Source: Vulcanimicrobiales bacterium (GTDB taxonomy: Bacteria > Vulcanimicrobiota > Vulcanimicrobiia > Vulcanimicrobiales > Vulcanimicrobiaceae). Taken from it: a stretch of DNA of 64,000 bases. Within the stretch, counting starts at the first letter, position 1. The number at the start of each line of letters is the position of its first letter. Where the stretch lies: assembly GCA_038231455.1 (NCBI GenBank), contig JBBRLI010000002.1, positions 1-64,000 of the forward strand, in the 5' to 3' direction. Shown here piece by piece: positions 39,238-49,302 of this stretch. A program made the translations under genes and the position numbers. The notes under the pieces are model-generated. The model worked only from the letters and a program-made list of their open reading frames with translations. It was not told the origin of the DNA and did no database searches.

Positions 39238-39955
39238 AAAATCCGACCGCCTCGGCGTACGCACGATCGGTCTCCGAGGCATTCCAGCGCGGACCCGCAT
39301 CGCGCATGAAGGCATGCTCGCCCTCGTACTCCGAGATGCGCGCGCTTACATTGGCCGCGCGTAAGGCGGCGACGACGCGCGCGCGTCCGTCGACCGGAAT
39401 ATGCGGATCGTCGGTCCCGAAGGCCACGAGCAATTTGCCGGTAATCTCGTTTACCCGCGCAAGCGTATCGACGCCGCGCGATCCGCCGAGCGAATCCTCA
39501 TGCAGACCCGTCGGATAAAATGCCACGCCCGCTCGGACGTCGGGCTGGAGCGCCGCGCGCACCGTTAGGTGGCCGCCGATGCAGAAGCCGCTCACGCCGA
39601 TTTGACCTTTGCGGACTTGCGGATGTGCGTGGAGATAATCGAGTACCGTTCGCGTGTCCGCATCGAAATGATGGACGAGCGTCTTCTGCGCGTCAGCGAG
39701 TGCCGTATCGCGATCGGTGTCGAAGTCGAGCACGCGGCCCGGCGGCTCGATCCGGTGATAAATTTCGGGTGAACAAACGATAAAGCCGTAGCTCGCGAAG
39801 CGGACGACGGCCCGAAACGTGGGTTCCGTCAGTTGAAAAATATCAGAGTAGACGAGCAGCCCGGGATACGTTCCCTCGGCCTTCGGCCGCGCCACGAGCG
39901 TACGCATGGGGCCATCAGAGGTCGGTAAGTCGACAAAATCCGTCGTGACGATCAT
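39218..39955 (-). CDS. dienelactone hydrolase family protein
   Basis: SDIFQL, GFCIGG, D.HIP, EHAFMRD. Confidence 0.92.
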   Translation of the reverse strand: MIVTTDFVDLPTSDGPMRTLVARPKAEGTYPGLLVYSDIFQLTEPTFRAVVRFASYGFIVCSPEIYHRIEPPGRVLDFDTDRDTALADAQKTLVHHFDADTRTVLDYLHAHPQVRKGQIGVSGFCIGGHLTVRAALQPDVRAGVAFYPTGLHEDSLGGSRGVDTLARVNEITGKLLVAFGTDDPHIPVDGRARVVAALRAANVSARISEYEGEHAFMRDAGPRWNASETDRAYAEAVGFFREALH

Positions 39956-40090
39956 GCGCCGCTCTTCGCCCGGCTCGCGGCGGCTCCCCGGGGCGCTCGA
40001 CTAGGGGACGAGCGAGTAACGGTCCTCACCAAAGATGCCGATAGGAATTATAGCTGACCGTCCGCATTTATGCGGCGAGGAGTTTTGCAT

Positions 40091-40354
40091 ATGGACATCC
40101 CTGAGAACTTCGATACGTTCTTGCAGGGCTTGCTCAAGGACGACGAGATCATCCAGCTCGACGATGAAGATCGGGCTTTTATCGACCGTATTCTCAAATC
40201 GATCACGACCGGAAGCAAGGGCATTTTCGTCGTACTGCACCCCAACGACCGCATGCAGTACATGTTGCTCAACACGAATCGTGCCGGCGCGCTCGCTTTG
40301 CTTGCGAAAGTGATGCAGCGCACTGCCGAAGCGCTCGAGGCTGACGCCGACTGA
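40091..40354 (+). CDS. small hypothetical protein
   Basis: SD GAGGAG, protein-like composition, coupled to cidA. Confidence 0.7.
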   Translation: MDIPENFDTFLQGLLKDDEIIQLDDEDRAFIDRILKSITTGSKGIFVVLHPNDRMQYMLLNTNRAGALALLAKVMQRTAEALEADAD

Positions 40355-40704
40355 TCGCCGCCCTTGCCGCACTCCTCACCGCTCAATTGATCGGTGAGGT
40401 GATCAGCCGCGCGCTGAACCTGCCGATCCCCGGTCCCGTGATCGGTATGGCTCTGCTCTTTATCGTCTTCCTCGTGCGTCGCGACATTCCGGAGCCCCTC
40501 GAGCGCACGGGAAGCGGCCTGCTTGGTGTCCTCTCCTTGCTCTTCGTCCCGGCCGGCGTCGGGGTGATGCAGCATCTGGATTTGATCGCCGCGTCATGGC
40601 TTCCGATCGTCGTGACGATCGTCGCCTCGACTGCGATCACGATGCTCGTGACGGCTGCGGTCATGCACGGCGTCCAGCGGCTCGTCGATTTACGGCCGCG
40701 ATGA
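40351..40704 (+). CDS. cidA: CidA/LrgA holin-like protein (probable CTG start)
   Basis: LL..QLIGE...LP.PGPVIGM.LL, LLFVPAGVGVM. Confidence 0.88.
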   Translation: MIAALAALLTAQLIGEVISRALNLPIPGPVIGMALLFIVFLVRRDIPEPLERTGSGLLGVLSLLFVPAGVGVMQHLDLIAASWLPIVVTIVASTAITMLVTAAVMHGVQRLVDLRPR

Positions 40705-41420
40705 GTCACCCGGTCTCGATTTGGGTGTATCTGAGCGCGTCACCGCTTCTGGGTCTCGCGCTTACGCTCGTGGTCTACGCTGCAGCCGACGTCCTTGCGA
40801 AACGGTTCGGCTCACCCGCCCTGCTCAATCCGGTGCTGCTTGCAATCGTCACGATCGTCATCGTCCTCAAACTTACAAATACGCCGTACGAGCGCTACTT
40901 TGAGGGCGGTCAATTCGTCCATTTCTTGCTCGGACCGGCGACCGTGGCGCTTGCGATCCCGCTCTACCGGAATCTTGCGCTGATCCGAAAATCCGCGCTT
41001 GCGATCATCGTCGCGATCGTTATCGGCTCGGTGACGGCGGCGGTGAGCGGTGCGCTCATCGCGCGCGCTCTTGGCGCACCGCCGATCGTCGTGCATTCGC
41101 TCATTCCAAAAGCGGTCACAACGCCGATCGCGATGGGAATGAGCCAACAGATGGGCGGTCTGCCTTCGCTCACCGCTGCGCTCGTTATCCTCAGCGGCAT
41201 CACGGGTGCGATCTTTGCAACCGTACTCTGGCCGACGGGCGGGCAACCCGACTACGCTTCGCGCGGAGTTGCGATCGGCACCGCAGCGCATGGAATCGGC
41301 ACGGCTCGCGCTTTGATCATCGATCCGACCATGGGAGCATTCGCGGGCCTGGCGATGGGGCTCAATGCGCTGGTTTCATCGCTCCTGGTCCCGATCGTCG
41401 TTGCGCTTTTACGGCTGTAA
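40701..41420 (+). CDS. lrgB: LrgB/CidB family protein
   Basis: NPVL, YFEGGQFVHFLLGPATVALAIPLY, PKAVTTPIAM, AHGIGTARA. Confidence 0.93.
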   Translation: MSHPVSIWVYLSASPLLGLALTLVVYAAADVLAKRFGSPALLNPVLLAIVTIVIVLKLTNTPYERYFEGGQFVHFLLGPATVALAIPLYRNLALIRKSALAIIVAIVIGSVTAAVSGALIARALGAPPIVVHSLIPKAVTTPIAMGMSQQMGGLPSLTAALVILSGITGAIFATVLWPTGGQPDYASRGVAIGTAAHGIGTARALIIDPTMGAFAGLAMGLNALVSSLLVPIVVALLRL

Positions 41421-43158
41421 TATAGGCGTTGACATTGCGCTCGAGGATGTCGAGCGGTACGGCGCCTTGCGCGAGTACGACGTCGTGGAAGTCGCGGATA
41501 TCGTACTGACTGCCGAGTTCGTCCTGCGCCTTTTTGCGTAAGCGCAGAATCGTCAGTTGGCCGATCTTGTAGGCAAGCGCCTGACCGGGTCCGCCGATGT
41601 AGCGGTCGATTTCATTTGTGACATCGAGTTTGGTCTTGGGCGCGTTATCGAGGAAATAGTCGATTGCTTCTTGGCGCGACATCCCGAAGGCGTGCATGCC
41701 GGTATCGACGACCAGACGTACCGCACGCCACATTTCATATGTCAGTGCGCCGAACTTGTCGTACGGATCATCATACATGCCCATGTCGTTGCCGAGCGAC
41801 TCGGCATAAAGACCCCAGCCTTCGGTGTATGCGGTATACGCAAGCGAGGCACGGCGAAAATCGGGAATCGCGCCGAGTTCATGCGCGTATGCAATTTGCA
41901 AGTGGTGGCCCGGCACCGACTCGTGCAGCGTGAGGGGTACCATCTCCCAGATCGGGCGTAGCTCGGGCTTATAGAGGTTCACGTAATAGGTGCCCGCCCG
42001 CGTGCCGTCTTGGGCGCCCGGCTGATAGTAGGCAGTGGTTGTATCGGGGGCGACGGAATCGGGGATCGGCAGTACGCCATACGGCTCGCGCGGCAGCTTC
42101 TTGAAAACTTTGACCAAGTTTGGATCGACGCGCTTGGCCAGCGCCCGGTACGCCGTGAGCAGCTGCTGCGGATCGGTGTAGTGGAATTTGGGATCCTCGC
42201 GCAGATAGGTAAAGAACTCGTGCAGCGTTCCGCGGTAGCCGATCTGCACGAGCAGCGCTTCCATCGCGGTGCGAATGCGCTTGACTTCGCGCAGGCCGAG
42301 GTCGTGAATCTCCTGGGGACTCATGTTCGTTGTCGTGTGCTTGCGCACGAGCGAGGCGTACCACGCCGCGCCGTCGGGTTGGGCGCTCGCCGCAATGGTC
42401 GGCGGGCACGCCGGGAGATACGTGTCGATGAAGAACGCGCGAAACGTTTTGTAACGCGGGATGACATGTTGTGCGATCAGGTCGCGCGCGGTCGTCTGCA
42501 AACGCGTGCGGTTTGCGGCGTCGATCGCCGCCGGGACGTGCAAGAACGGCTTATAAAACGCACTCGCGGTCGGATCGTCAACGATCGCGCGGTCGAGTTG
42601 CGCCGGAACGCGTTCCATGAGGATGTGGGGCGGCAGCACGTGGGCCGCCATGCCCGCGCGCATCAGGGTCGTCGTTTGATCGGCGCGCGTCTCGAAGGCA
42701 CGGATACGTGCCAGCCAATCCTCATAATTTTTGAGCGTCGTGAACGGGAGCAGTTCGGCGATATCGGCCGCCGATTGTAGACCGCCGCTCGAAGCGATCG
42801 GCGTTAGCCAGCGGCGGAAGCGGTATTCGTCGACCGATGTTTCGTAGTCGCGTTGGAAGAGTTCGTAATTGAGTTTGTCCGCAACAGAAAGCTGAGCGAG
42901 CGGAATCGCTTGAAGCTCGGCGAGCACGCCGAGATCGTAGCGATGGCCTTTCTCGATCCCCGCAAGAGAACGGTCGTCCCAGCGGTCCTGGTAGCGCGAA
43001 TCGCCGAGGAACGCCGCGAGCTCCGGACTTTGCTCTTTGCGGGCTTCCCGGTCGCGCGCGAGCAGCGCGTTGAGCCGAGCTCCGGGACTCAGCGGAGCAG
43101 CGGAAGCGATGCTTCCGCAGGCAAGAACGAACGCAAAAAAAGCGGCCACGATACGCAT
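41362..43158 (-). CDS. DUF885 family protein (exported metallopeptidase-like)
   Basis: EIH.LGL.EV.RI, LHESVPGHHLQ, EGWGLYAE, RAVRLVVDTGMH, EIDRY...PGQALAYKIG. Confidence 0.93.
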   Translation of the reverse strand: MRIVAAFFAFVLACGSIASAAPLSPGARLNALLARDREARKEQSPELAAFLGDSRYQDRWDDRSLAGIEKGHRYDLGVLAELQAIPLAQLSVADKLNYELFQRDYETSVDEYRFRRWLTPIASSGGLQSAADIAELLPFTTLKNYEDWLARIRAFETRADQTTTLMRAGMAAHVLPPHILMERVPAQLDRAIVDDPTASAFYKPFLHVPAAIDAANRTRLQTTARDLIAQHVIPRYKTFRAFFIDTYLPACPPTIAASAQPDGAAWYASLVRKHTTTNMSPQEIHDLGLREVKRIRTAMEALLVQIGYRGTLHEFFTYLREDPKFHYTDPQQLLTAYRALAKRVDPNLVKVFKKLPREPYGVLPIPDSVAPDTTTAYYQPGAQDGTRAGTYYVNLYKPELRPIWEMVPLTLHESVPGHHLQIAYAHELGAIPDFRRASLAYTAYTEGWGLYAESLGNDMGMYDDPYDKFGALTYEMWRAVRLVVDTGMHAFGMSRQEAIDYFLDNAPKTKLDVTNEIDRYIGGPGQALAYKIGQLTILRLRKKAQDELGSQYDIRDFHDVVLAQGAVPLDILERNVNAYITAVKAQRRSGPGAMKPAH

Positions 43159-43194
43159 CGTGGCCGCTTCAACGAGGAGGGTCGCTTGCCTCTG

Positions 43195-44061
43195 CTACGC
43201 AGCCGGCTCTTGGCGCTGCGGCGTGAGCGTCAGTCGCGCGATCATCGCGGGGGTGGGCAGCTTGACGTCTTTTGCGAGCTTCATCCATGCGAGCACGCGA
43301 ATCATCGCGTAGGTTACGTCGATCTCGAACCACTGCATGCCGTGCTTGGCCGAGAACGGGAAGGCGTGGTGGTTATTGTGCCAGCCTTCGCCCCACGCGA
43401 GTAGCGCGACCCACCAATTGTTGGTCGACCGATCGCCCGTGCGGAACGATTGGTAACCGACGTGGTGCGCCGCCGAGTTAACGAGCCACGTGATGTGGTA
43501 CGTCGCAACGATGCGCACGAAGATGCCCCAGATGACCCAGGACCAGCCGCCGAAGTAAAAGAGCACCGCGCCAAGGACGATCGTCCAGAGCAGGTACGTC
43601 TTTTCGATGAAACGATAGAACGGATCTGCCGCAAGATCCGGCGCGTAGCGTTCTTGCTCGGCGGGCGAGAGGCGTGATTCATTGAAGCGGTAGAGCCAAT
43701 CCATGTGGCTCCAGCGCAGGCCGCGATGCACGTCATGCGGATCGCCTTCGCGGTCGGTATGCGCGTGATGCGCGCGGTGCGTGCCGATCCATTCGATCGG
43801 GCCGCCCTGCAGCGCCAGCGTTCCAAGAATCGCGGCGAAATATTCGACCGGTTTGACGACTTTGAGGCTGCGATGCGTCAGCAGGCGGTGAAAGCCAAAG
43901 GTGATACCGATGGCGCCCGTCGCGTAATAAAGCGCGAAGGCGACTGCAACACCCGACCAGGAGAACATCGCGGGCCAGAATGCGAGGAGTGCGACGAGAT
44001 GGATTGCGGCGAGCGCGATGCCCGTTACGATTCCGCTCGTACGTTTGGAGAGTGCCGTCAT
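43195..44061 (-). CDS. delta-9 fatty acid desaturase
   Basis: His boxes GFHRLLTH, HRAHH, GEGWHNNHH. Confidence 0.95.
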   Translation of the reverse strand: MTALSKRTSGIVTGIALAAIHLVALLAFWPAMFSWSGVAVAFALYYATGAIGITFGFHRLLTHRSLKVVKPVEYFAAILGTLALQGGPIEWIGTHRAHHAHTDREGDPHDVHRGLRWSHMDWLYRFNESRLSPAEQERYAPDLAADPFYRFIEKTYLLWTIVLGAVLFYFGGWSWVIWGIFVRIVATYHITWLVNSAAHHVGYQSFRTGDRSTNNWWVALLAWGEGWHNNHHAFPFSAKHGMQWFEIDVTYAMIRVLAWMKLAKDVKLPTPAMIARLTLTPQRQEPAA

Positions 44062-44135
44062 AACTTTCCGAGAATGCGACCGGCTCGCCTCAATACCTCC
44101 TGCAGGAATGCAAAACTTCGGGTCGGTCTTGGCTG

Positions 44136-45575
44136 TTACTTGAGGGGGAACCCGACCGCATCGGGCCGCGGAGCAAGCTCCACCCGCTCGTGGGCGTAGT
44201 CGAGATAGACGGTAAAGCGCTCGAGGAGTTTTGCCCCCAAATGACCGCGCTCTCGGAGCGTGCGCGTAACGACCGCCGCCACGCTCTCAAAATGAAACGG
44301 ACCCACTTCGACGCCGTGCAGCGTCCCGGAGAAGCGGTCGGTCGCTGCGCCGATTCCCTGGGTCATTCCACGAGATTCGACGGTGAACAGATTTGGACGC
44401 GTGCGAAAGTATGCGTAGCCAAGGTCGATCGCGGCATCATCGCCCGTATCGAGTTCGAGCGACGTGCGCTCGCCCGCTAATTCCACTTCGACGTACGGTC
44501 GCAAATTGCGGAACGCGATTGGAATCGTCTTTTTCACCGGACCTTGCGCGGGTGCAAAGGCGATCGTGCGACGGCCATAGTCGATCGTCGCGCCTAACGC
44601 GGCAAGAGCATCGCCGCCGACGATGATGTCCGCCGCGCGAAAGTCCGGCAGCACGATGAAGCGCGCATCGCGGATTCGCGCGCCGGGAAGCACGAGCGGG
44701 CCGGAGTGGACAAGACCGCTTACGTAGAGTCCGAGGCCCGCGACATCGATCTCGCCTTCGGGTTCGAGATGCAGACGCTCGGCGGCCGCAAGGCTGATCG
44801 CCATGCCGACGGTCCCCGTATCGAGGATGCAACTGAAATCGATTCCGGCCAGGCTACAACGAAACGTCGGCGTCGGCGTCGACGCCGAAAGCGCGGCGGC
44901 CGCAGCCGGTGCCTCCTCAAGTGTGAGTCCCCGCGGCGCTTCCAGCGGCGCGCTGGCGCGCGTCACGCGGTCGTAGGTGATCCGTTCGGGCCCAATCGCG
45001 CGCTCGAATGCAAACGCGATTCCGTCGACGGGGCGATAATCGTGGTACGAAACGAGCCGCCCTTCGCCGTCGTCGATGTGTGTAAGCCGCCCGCTGCGCG
45101 TGTCGATCTCGGCGATGAGCGTACGACCGCCGGACGCGGTCACGCGATAGCGCGTGACCGGTTCTTCGGATGTCGGTTCGAGGGCGACAGTTCCGCCGGA
45201 GCGCGCGAACGCCGGTTCGGCGAACGCGAGCGAATCGATCGCGCGCAACGTGCGCGTCGTTGCGTTGTCGGCCTCATCCTCGGGGAACGCAGCATCGTTA
45301 TAGCTGAGCGAAAACGTGCGCGAGCCATCAAAATAGCTGCCGCGACAGACGTGATGCTGACAGCGATGCGCGAGTCGATGCATCCCTTGCGTGTCCACGG
45401 TGTCGACGTAGGTGCGGCGCTCGATTGTTTGCGTGCGCTGCGCGATGAAATGTTCGCGCGCGGGATGTCCCGCTTGCGCTGCGAGTTGGGCAAGGCGCGC
45501 CTCAAGACCGGCGGGTGCGACGCCGAGTAAAGTGAGGAGCAGGGGGCCAACGATAAGGCGGGACGCGAATCCCAT
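44136..45575 (-). CDS. exported protein with tandem retropepsin-like aspartyl protease domains
   Basis: ILDTGT and ELDTGD motifs, IVGGD / GHLG..LL....VYLDY; signal-like N-terminus. Confidence 0.8.
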   Translation of the reverse strand: MGFASRLIVGPLLLTLLGVAPAGLEARLAQLAAQAGHPAREHFIAQRTQTIERRTYVDTVDTQGMHRLAHRCQHHVCRGSYFDGSRTFSLSYNDAAFPEDEADNATTRTLRAIDSLAFAEPAFARSGGTVALEPTSEEPVTRYRVTASGGRTLIAEIDTRSGRLTHIDDGEGRLVSYHDYRPVDGIAFAFERAIGPERITYDRVTRASAPLEAPRGLTLEEAPAAAAALSASTPTPTFRCSLAGIDFSCILDTGTVGMAISLAAAERLHLEPEGEIDVAGLGLYVSGLVHSGPLVLPGARIRDARFIVLPDFRAADIIVGGDALAALGATIDYGRRTIAFAPAQGPVKKTIPIAFRNLRPYVEVELAGERTSLELDTGDDAAIDLGYAYFRTRPNLFTVESRGMTQGIGAATDRFSGTLHGVEVGPFHFESVAAVVTRTLRERGHLGAKLLERFTVYLDYAHERVELAPRPDAVGFPLK

Positions 45576-45579
45576 CGAT

Positions 45580-45966
45580 ATGGAGTTCCATGCAATCGAC
45601 ACGTACCTTCTCGACGGCACGCCGGCAAAAGCCGCGGCGATCGATGCTGCGCTCGCAAAACCCATCGACGATCCGCGCGCCGCACCATTTTATCGTGCGC
45701 TCCATGCCGTCGGCGCACGCGCGGCCGACGAGGCCTTAGTCGCCTTGCGGCTCGTACTCGCGGGCAAAGATCCGCACGACGATGCGATCCGGCGTATGCG
45801 GGCGCTCGCGGCACTCGTACGCGCTGCGCACGCCGGCGACACACGTGCAATCGCGGCGACATTTACCAAAGACGGCGAAGCGATTGGGGATTTGGCCGCG
45901 CTCAAAGACGACTCCCAGGTGCTGCTCGGTGCCGCCCGCGAGGCGTACGTCGCCGGCCTGAGTTAG
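45580..45966 (+). CDS. hypothetical protein
   Basis: Helical protein-like ORF MEFHAIDTYLLDG...; no family recognised. Confidence 0.65.
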   Translation: MEFHAIDTYLLDGTPAKAAAIDAALAKPIDDPRAAPFYRALHAVGARAADEALVALRLVLAGKDPHDDAIRRMRALAALVRAAHAGDTRAIAATFTKDGEAIGDLAALKDDSQVLLGAAREAYVAGLS

Positions 45967-46814
45967 CCCACGCCTCGATAATAGGCCAGGCGGCGCGCTC
46001 CCGGCGCAACCCGCGCCTCGAGCGCGCGACGCTGGGTCTCACCCATCGCGACGTTGGCTCGGGCAATCGCGGCGTTTTGCGCTACGTGTTCGGGCGAATC
46101 TGCTCCGACGACGAGTGTGTCGACGTCGGCTGCGAGGGCGTAACGAAGCGCCTCGTCGGCCGTGATATCCGTCGCTTGAAAAAGCAGGCCATGTGCGTAG
46201 ACTTTCATCCCGATTACGGCCATGCCGCGCGCTCGCGCCGCCGGAACTACGCTGTGCTCGAAGCCGTCGCGCAGTGCGCCGTCGGCCGGGTTGATCGGAA
46301 GGAGAACCGCATCGAAGGCGACGCGCTCGAGCGCGGCCCGCAGCACGGCGGGATCGTGGTGCCCGGTGACGCCGATAAAGCGCACGAGTCCGCGCGCTTT
46401 GGCATCGACCAGTGCTGCGTAGGCGCCGCCGGGATCGTCGAGACCCTCGACATCGCCCGGTTCGCGGATGTCGTGGAATTGCCACAAATCCAAGTAGTCA
46501 AGCCGCATCGTCCGCAGGCTGGTTTCGAGCATCGCACGGGCGCCGGCGTAACTGCGATCGTGGACTTTGGTCGCAACGAACACGTCGGCGCGGGGGCCAA
46601 GCCGAGCGCCACCGTAGTATCCCTCACTGCCGTTATAAGCTCGCGCCGACTCCACATAGGTAATACCCGCGTCGCGCGCCGCTTCGATGACGGCGTGCGC
46701 CTCGGTTTCTCGACCGAACGTTCGAAGAACACCCTCACCGCCAAGACCCAGCGCCGAGACGCGCGGACCGCCGTTTCCAAAGGATCTTGTCGGCAGCGCC
46801 GTTTTATGGAACAC
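45963..46814 (-). CDS. aldo/keto reductase
   Basis: VSALGLGG, SAR.Y..SE, FVATK, SL..M.LDYLDLWQFH, RFIGVTGH. Confidence 0.92.
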   Translation of the reverse strand: MFHKTALPTRSFGNGGPRVSALGLGGEGVLRTFGRETEAHAVIEAARDAGITYVESARAYNGSEGYYGGARLGPRADVFVATKVHDRSYAGARAMLETSLRTMRLDYLDLWQFHDIREPGDVEGLDDPGGAYAALVDAKARGLVRFIGVTGHHDPAVLRAALERVAFDAVLLPINPADGALRDGFEHSVVPAARARGMAVIGMKVYAHGLLFQATDITADEALRYALAADVDTLVVGADSPEHVAQNAAIARANVAMGETQRRALEARVAPGARRLAYYRGVG

Positions 46815-46845
46815 CGGTCTTCACTCCATGCGTTATAGAGTAGGT

Positions 46846-47205
46846 ATGTTGCGCCGTACGACGATCCTCGCCATCACGCTTGCTCTGGCCGCCTTCGGGC
46901 CGGTCGCGGTCTTTGCCGCGCCCTCCTCTCCCTCTCCTGCGCCAAGTGCCAGCGCCGAGGCGGCGCATCACGACGCGGGTCGCGTGAGCGGCACGATCAC
47001 GGGCGTCGATTACCAAAACGCGGTCATCACGGTGAATACGGCCGGGCGCGGGAAAATCGATATCGCCGTGCTTCCCTCGACCCAGATTCAAGGGAAAGAT
47101 AGCGGTTATCACGCGATCAGCGACCTGAAGCCCGGCACGCGCGTCGATGTCGACATGAGCGAGTCCGGCGGCCGCTACACCGCCCAGATCATCAAAATCA
47201 AATAA
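46846..47205 (+). CDS. small exported OB-fold-like (DUF5666-like) protein
   Basis: Signal peptide; G.ITGVD....ITV, T.I....SDLKPG.RV.V, A..IKI. Confidence 0.65.
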   Translation: MLRRTTILAITLALAAFGPVAVFAAPSSPSPAPSASAEAAHHDAGRVSGTITGVDYQNAVITVNTAGRGKIDIAVLPSTQIQGKDSGYHAISDLKPGTRVDVDMSESGGRYTAQIIKIK

Positions 47206-47240
47206 CGTAACTCCGACCGCGCGCGCGGGTAGGTGGGCTT

Positions 47241-48209
47241 ATGAAACACGTTCTTGGTCTGGCGATCGGGGCTCTGCTTGTTGTCGCTGCAGCAACTCCC
47301 GCTTTGGCTGCGACGAGCGAAGTCAGCATTGCTACTCCGACCGGCACGGTCTACGGTTCGCTGAATATTCCCGACGGCGCGAAAGGTCCGATGCCCGTAG
47401 CGCTGATCATCGCCGGATCAGGCCCAACCGATCGCGACGGGAATAGCCGGTTAGGCGTCACGGCCGCGACGTATCGACTCCTTGCCGAAGCGCTCGCCGC
47501 TCGCGGTATCGCCACGCTTCGCTATGACAAACGCGGTATTGCCGCGAGCGCCGCGTCGTTGCCAAAGCCCGCAAGCGACCTCGCGTTCACCGATTACGTC
47601 GATGATGCCGTCGCGTTTGCGAAACAATTACATGGTGACAAGCGCTTCTCGCGCGTGGCGCTCGTCGGCCACAGCGAAGGCTCACTCATCGCGCTCCTCG
47701 CTGCGAACCGCACGAATGTCGACGCCGTCGTCTCCATTGCGGGTTCGGGGCGCCCGCTTGGAGATGTGATCGTCGCGCAGATCGCCGCTTCCGGCGCCGC
47801 CGCACAACCGCTTATCGTGTCGGCCGAAGCGGCTATCGCCTCCCTTAAAGCGGGCAAGGCGCCGACCGATGTGCCGCCTGCGCTTCAACCACTCTTCCCG
47901 GCGTATCTCACCAAGTTTTACACGCAGTTCTTGAATGCGGATCCGGTCGCCGCCGCGCACGCGCTCACCGTCCCCCTCGCGATCGTCCAGGGTCAACGAG
48001 ACTTCCAGGTCTCCGAACAAGATGCACGCCTACTCAAAGCTGCCGATCTTAAAGCCGTTCTTACGCTCGTCCCGAACATGACGCACATCCTCAAGGATGC
48101 CGTCGACGACACGCGCGGGTCGAGCTTCGCGACGTATGCCGATTCGGCGTCGCCGATCGATCCGCTCGCGGTCGACGCTATCGCAAGCGGGATCGTCGCA
48201 AAGCGCTAG
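47241..48209 (+). CDS. exported alpha/beta hydrolase
   Basis: IAGSGPTDRDGN, RYDKRG, GHSEG, QG.RD.QV, HILK. Confidence 0.92.
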   Translation: MKHVLGLAIGALLVVAAATPALAATSEVSIATPTGTVYGSLNIPDGAKGPMPVALIIAGSGPTDRDGNSRLGVTAATYRLLAEALAARGIATLRYDKRGIAASAASLPKPASDLAFTDYVDDAVAFAKQLHGDKRFSRVALVGHSEGSLIALLAANRTNVDAVVSIAGSGRPLGDVIVAQIAASGAAAQPLIVSAEAAIASLKAGKAPTDVPPALQPLFPAYLTKFYTQFLNADPVAAAHALTVPLAIVQGQRDFQVSEQDARLLKAADLKAVLTLVPNMTHILKDAVDDTRGSSFATYADSASPIDPLAVDAIASGIVAKR

Positions 48210-48246
48210 CGCGGGACTGCTCTTGGCGCGTAGCCAAGAGCCCAGG

Positions 48247-49302
48247 ATGACTCGTCTTGCGCTCGTCGGCGTCACGAAGACGTTCGGGCGCACGGTCGCC
48301 TTACGCGACGTCGATCTCGCTGTTGCGGCGGGCGAACTCGTCGCCGTTCTTGGTCCGTCCGGCTCGGGAAAGACGACTTTGCTGCGCGCAATCGCCGGCC
48401 TGGACGTGCTCGATGCCGGAACCGTCGCCTTCGACGGTGATGACGTCACGCGGCGCGATGCTCGTGCGCGCAACGTCGGCATGGTCTTTCAAGACTTCGC
48501 CCTTTTTCCGCACTTGAGCGTGCGCGAGAATATCGCGTTTGGACTGCGCGCGCGACACGTGGCCGGGCGTGATGCGCTCGTCCTCGCTGCCGCGCGGCAA
48601 GCCCGCATCGAACCGTTGCTCGATCGCAAGCCGGCGACGCTCTCGGGCGGTGAGAAACAGCGCGTCGCGATCGCCCGCGCGCTTGCATGCGCGCCGGTTG
48701 CCTATCTCTTCGATGAGCCGTTCGCCTCACTCGATACGCCGCTGCGCGCGACGCTGCGCGTCGAGTTTGCCGAACTGCGCGCACAGCTCGATGCGGCAAT
48801 GCTTTTCGTCACCCACGATCAAAGCGAAGCGCTCGCACTTGGCGACCGCATCGCCGTCATGCGCGGGGGGGCGATCGAGCAAATCGGCACCGCGGATGAG
48901 TTGCTCGCCGCACCCGCCACGCGTTTTGTTGCCGAGTTCGTCGGTTTGCCGCCGCGCTCCGTGATCGACGGCGTCATGGTGCGCGGCGCGTTTTTCGCGC
49001 ACGACTGCGAACTCGCGCGGGTCGACGTGTCCGACGGTCCGGCCGCACTTGCGATTCCGCCGGAAGCCTTCGAACTGCGCGCGGGGGGACGTCTCAGCGG
49101 GACGGTGCGGTTGATCGAAACGATCGGTGCGGGAAAGTACGCTAGCATACTGATCGGGAGCCAGACACTCGTCGTCGCGCTCGGCGAGCATATCCCGCGC
49201 GCCGGAGAACGCGTGGGCGTCGATGTACGTGCGGCGTTTTCCAACGCCTGGCTCTTCGATGCTGCCGGGCGCCGCATTGCGGAGGCCTCGCGTGCCGCCT
49301 GA
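48247..49302 (+). CDS. sugar ABC transporter ATPase (MalK/MsmX-like)
   Basis: GPSGSGKTT, GMVFQDFALFPHLSV, LSGGEKQRVAIAR, FDEP, VTHDQ; C-terminal TOBE-like region. Confidence 0.92.
   Translation: MTRLALVGVTKTFGRTVALRDVDLAVAAGELVAVLGPSGSGKTTLLRAIAGLDVLDAGTVAFDGDDVTRRDARARNVGMVFQDFALFPHLSVRENIAFGLRARHVAGRDALVLAAARQARIEPLLDRKPATLSGGEKQRVAIARALACAPVAYLFDEPFASLDTPLRATLRVEFAELRAQLDAAMLFVTHDQSEALALGDRIAVMRGGAIEQIGTADELLAAPATRFVAEFVGLPPRSVIDGVMVRGAFFAHDCELARVDVSDGPAALAIPPEAFELRAGGRLSGTVRLIETIGAGKYASILIGSQTLVVALGEHIPRAGERVGVDVRAAFSNAWLFDAAGRRIAEASRAA

Noticed and set aside
41362-41420. 59-nt convergent overlap of lrgB and DUF885
   Set aside because: Short tail overlaps are common in this compact genome, with no further sign of function
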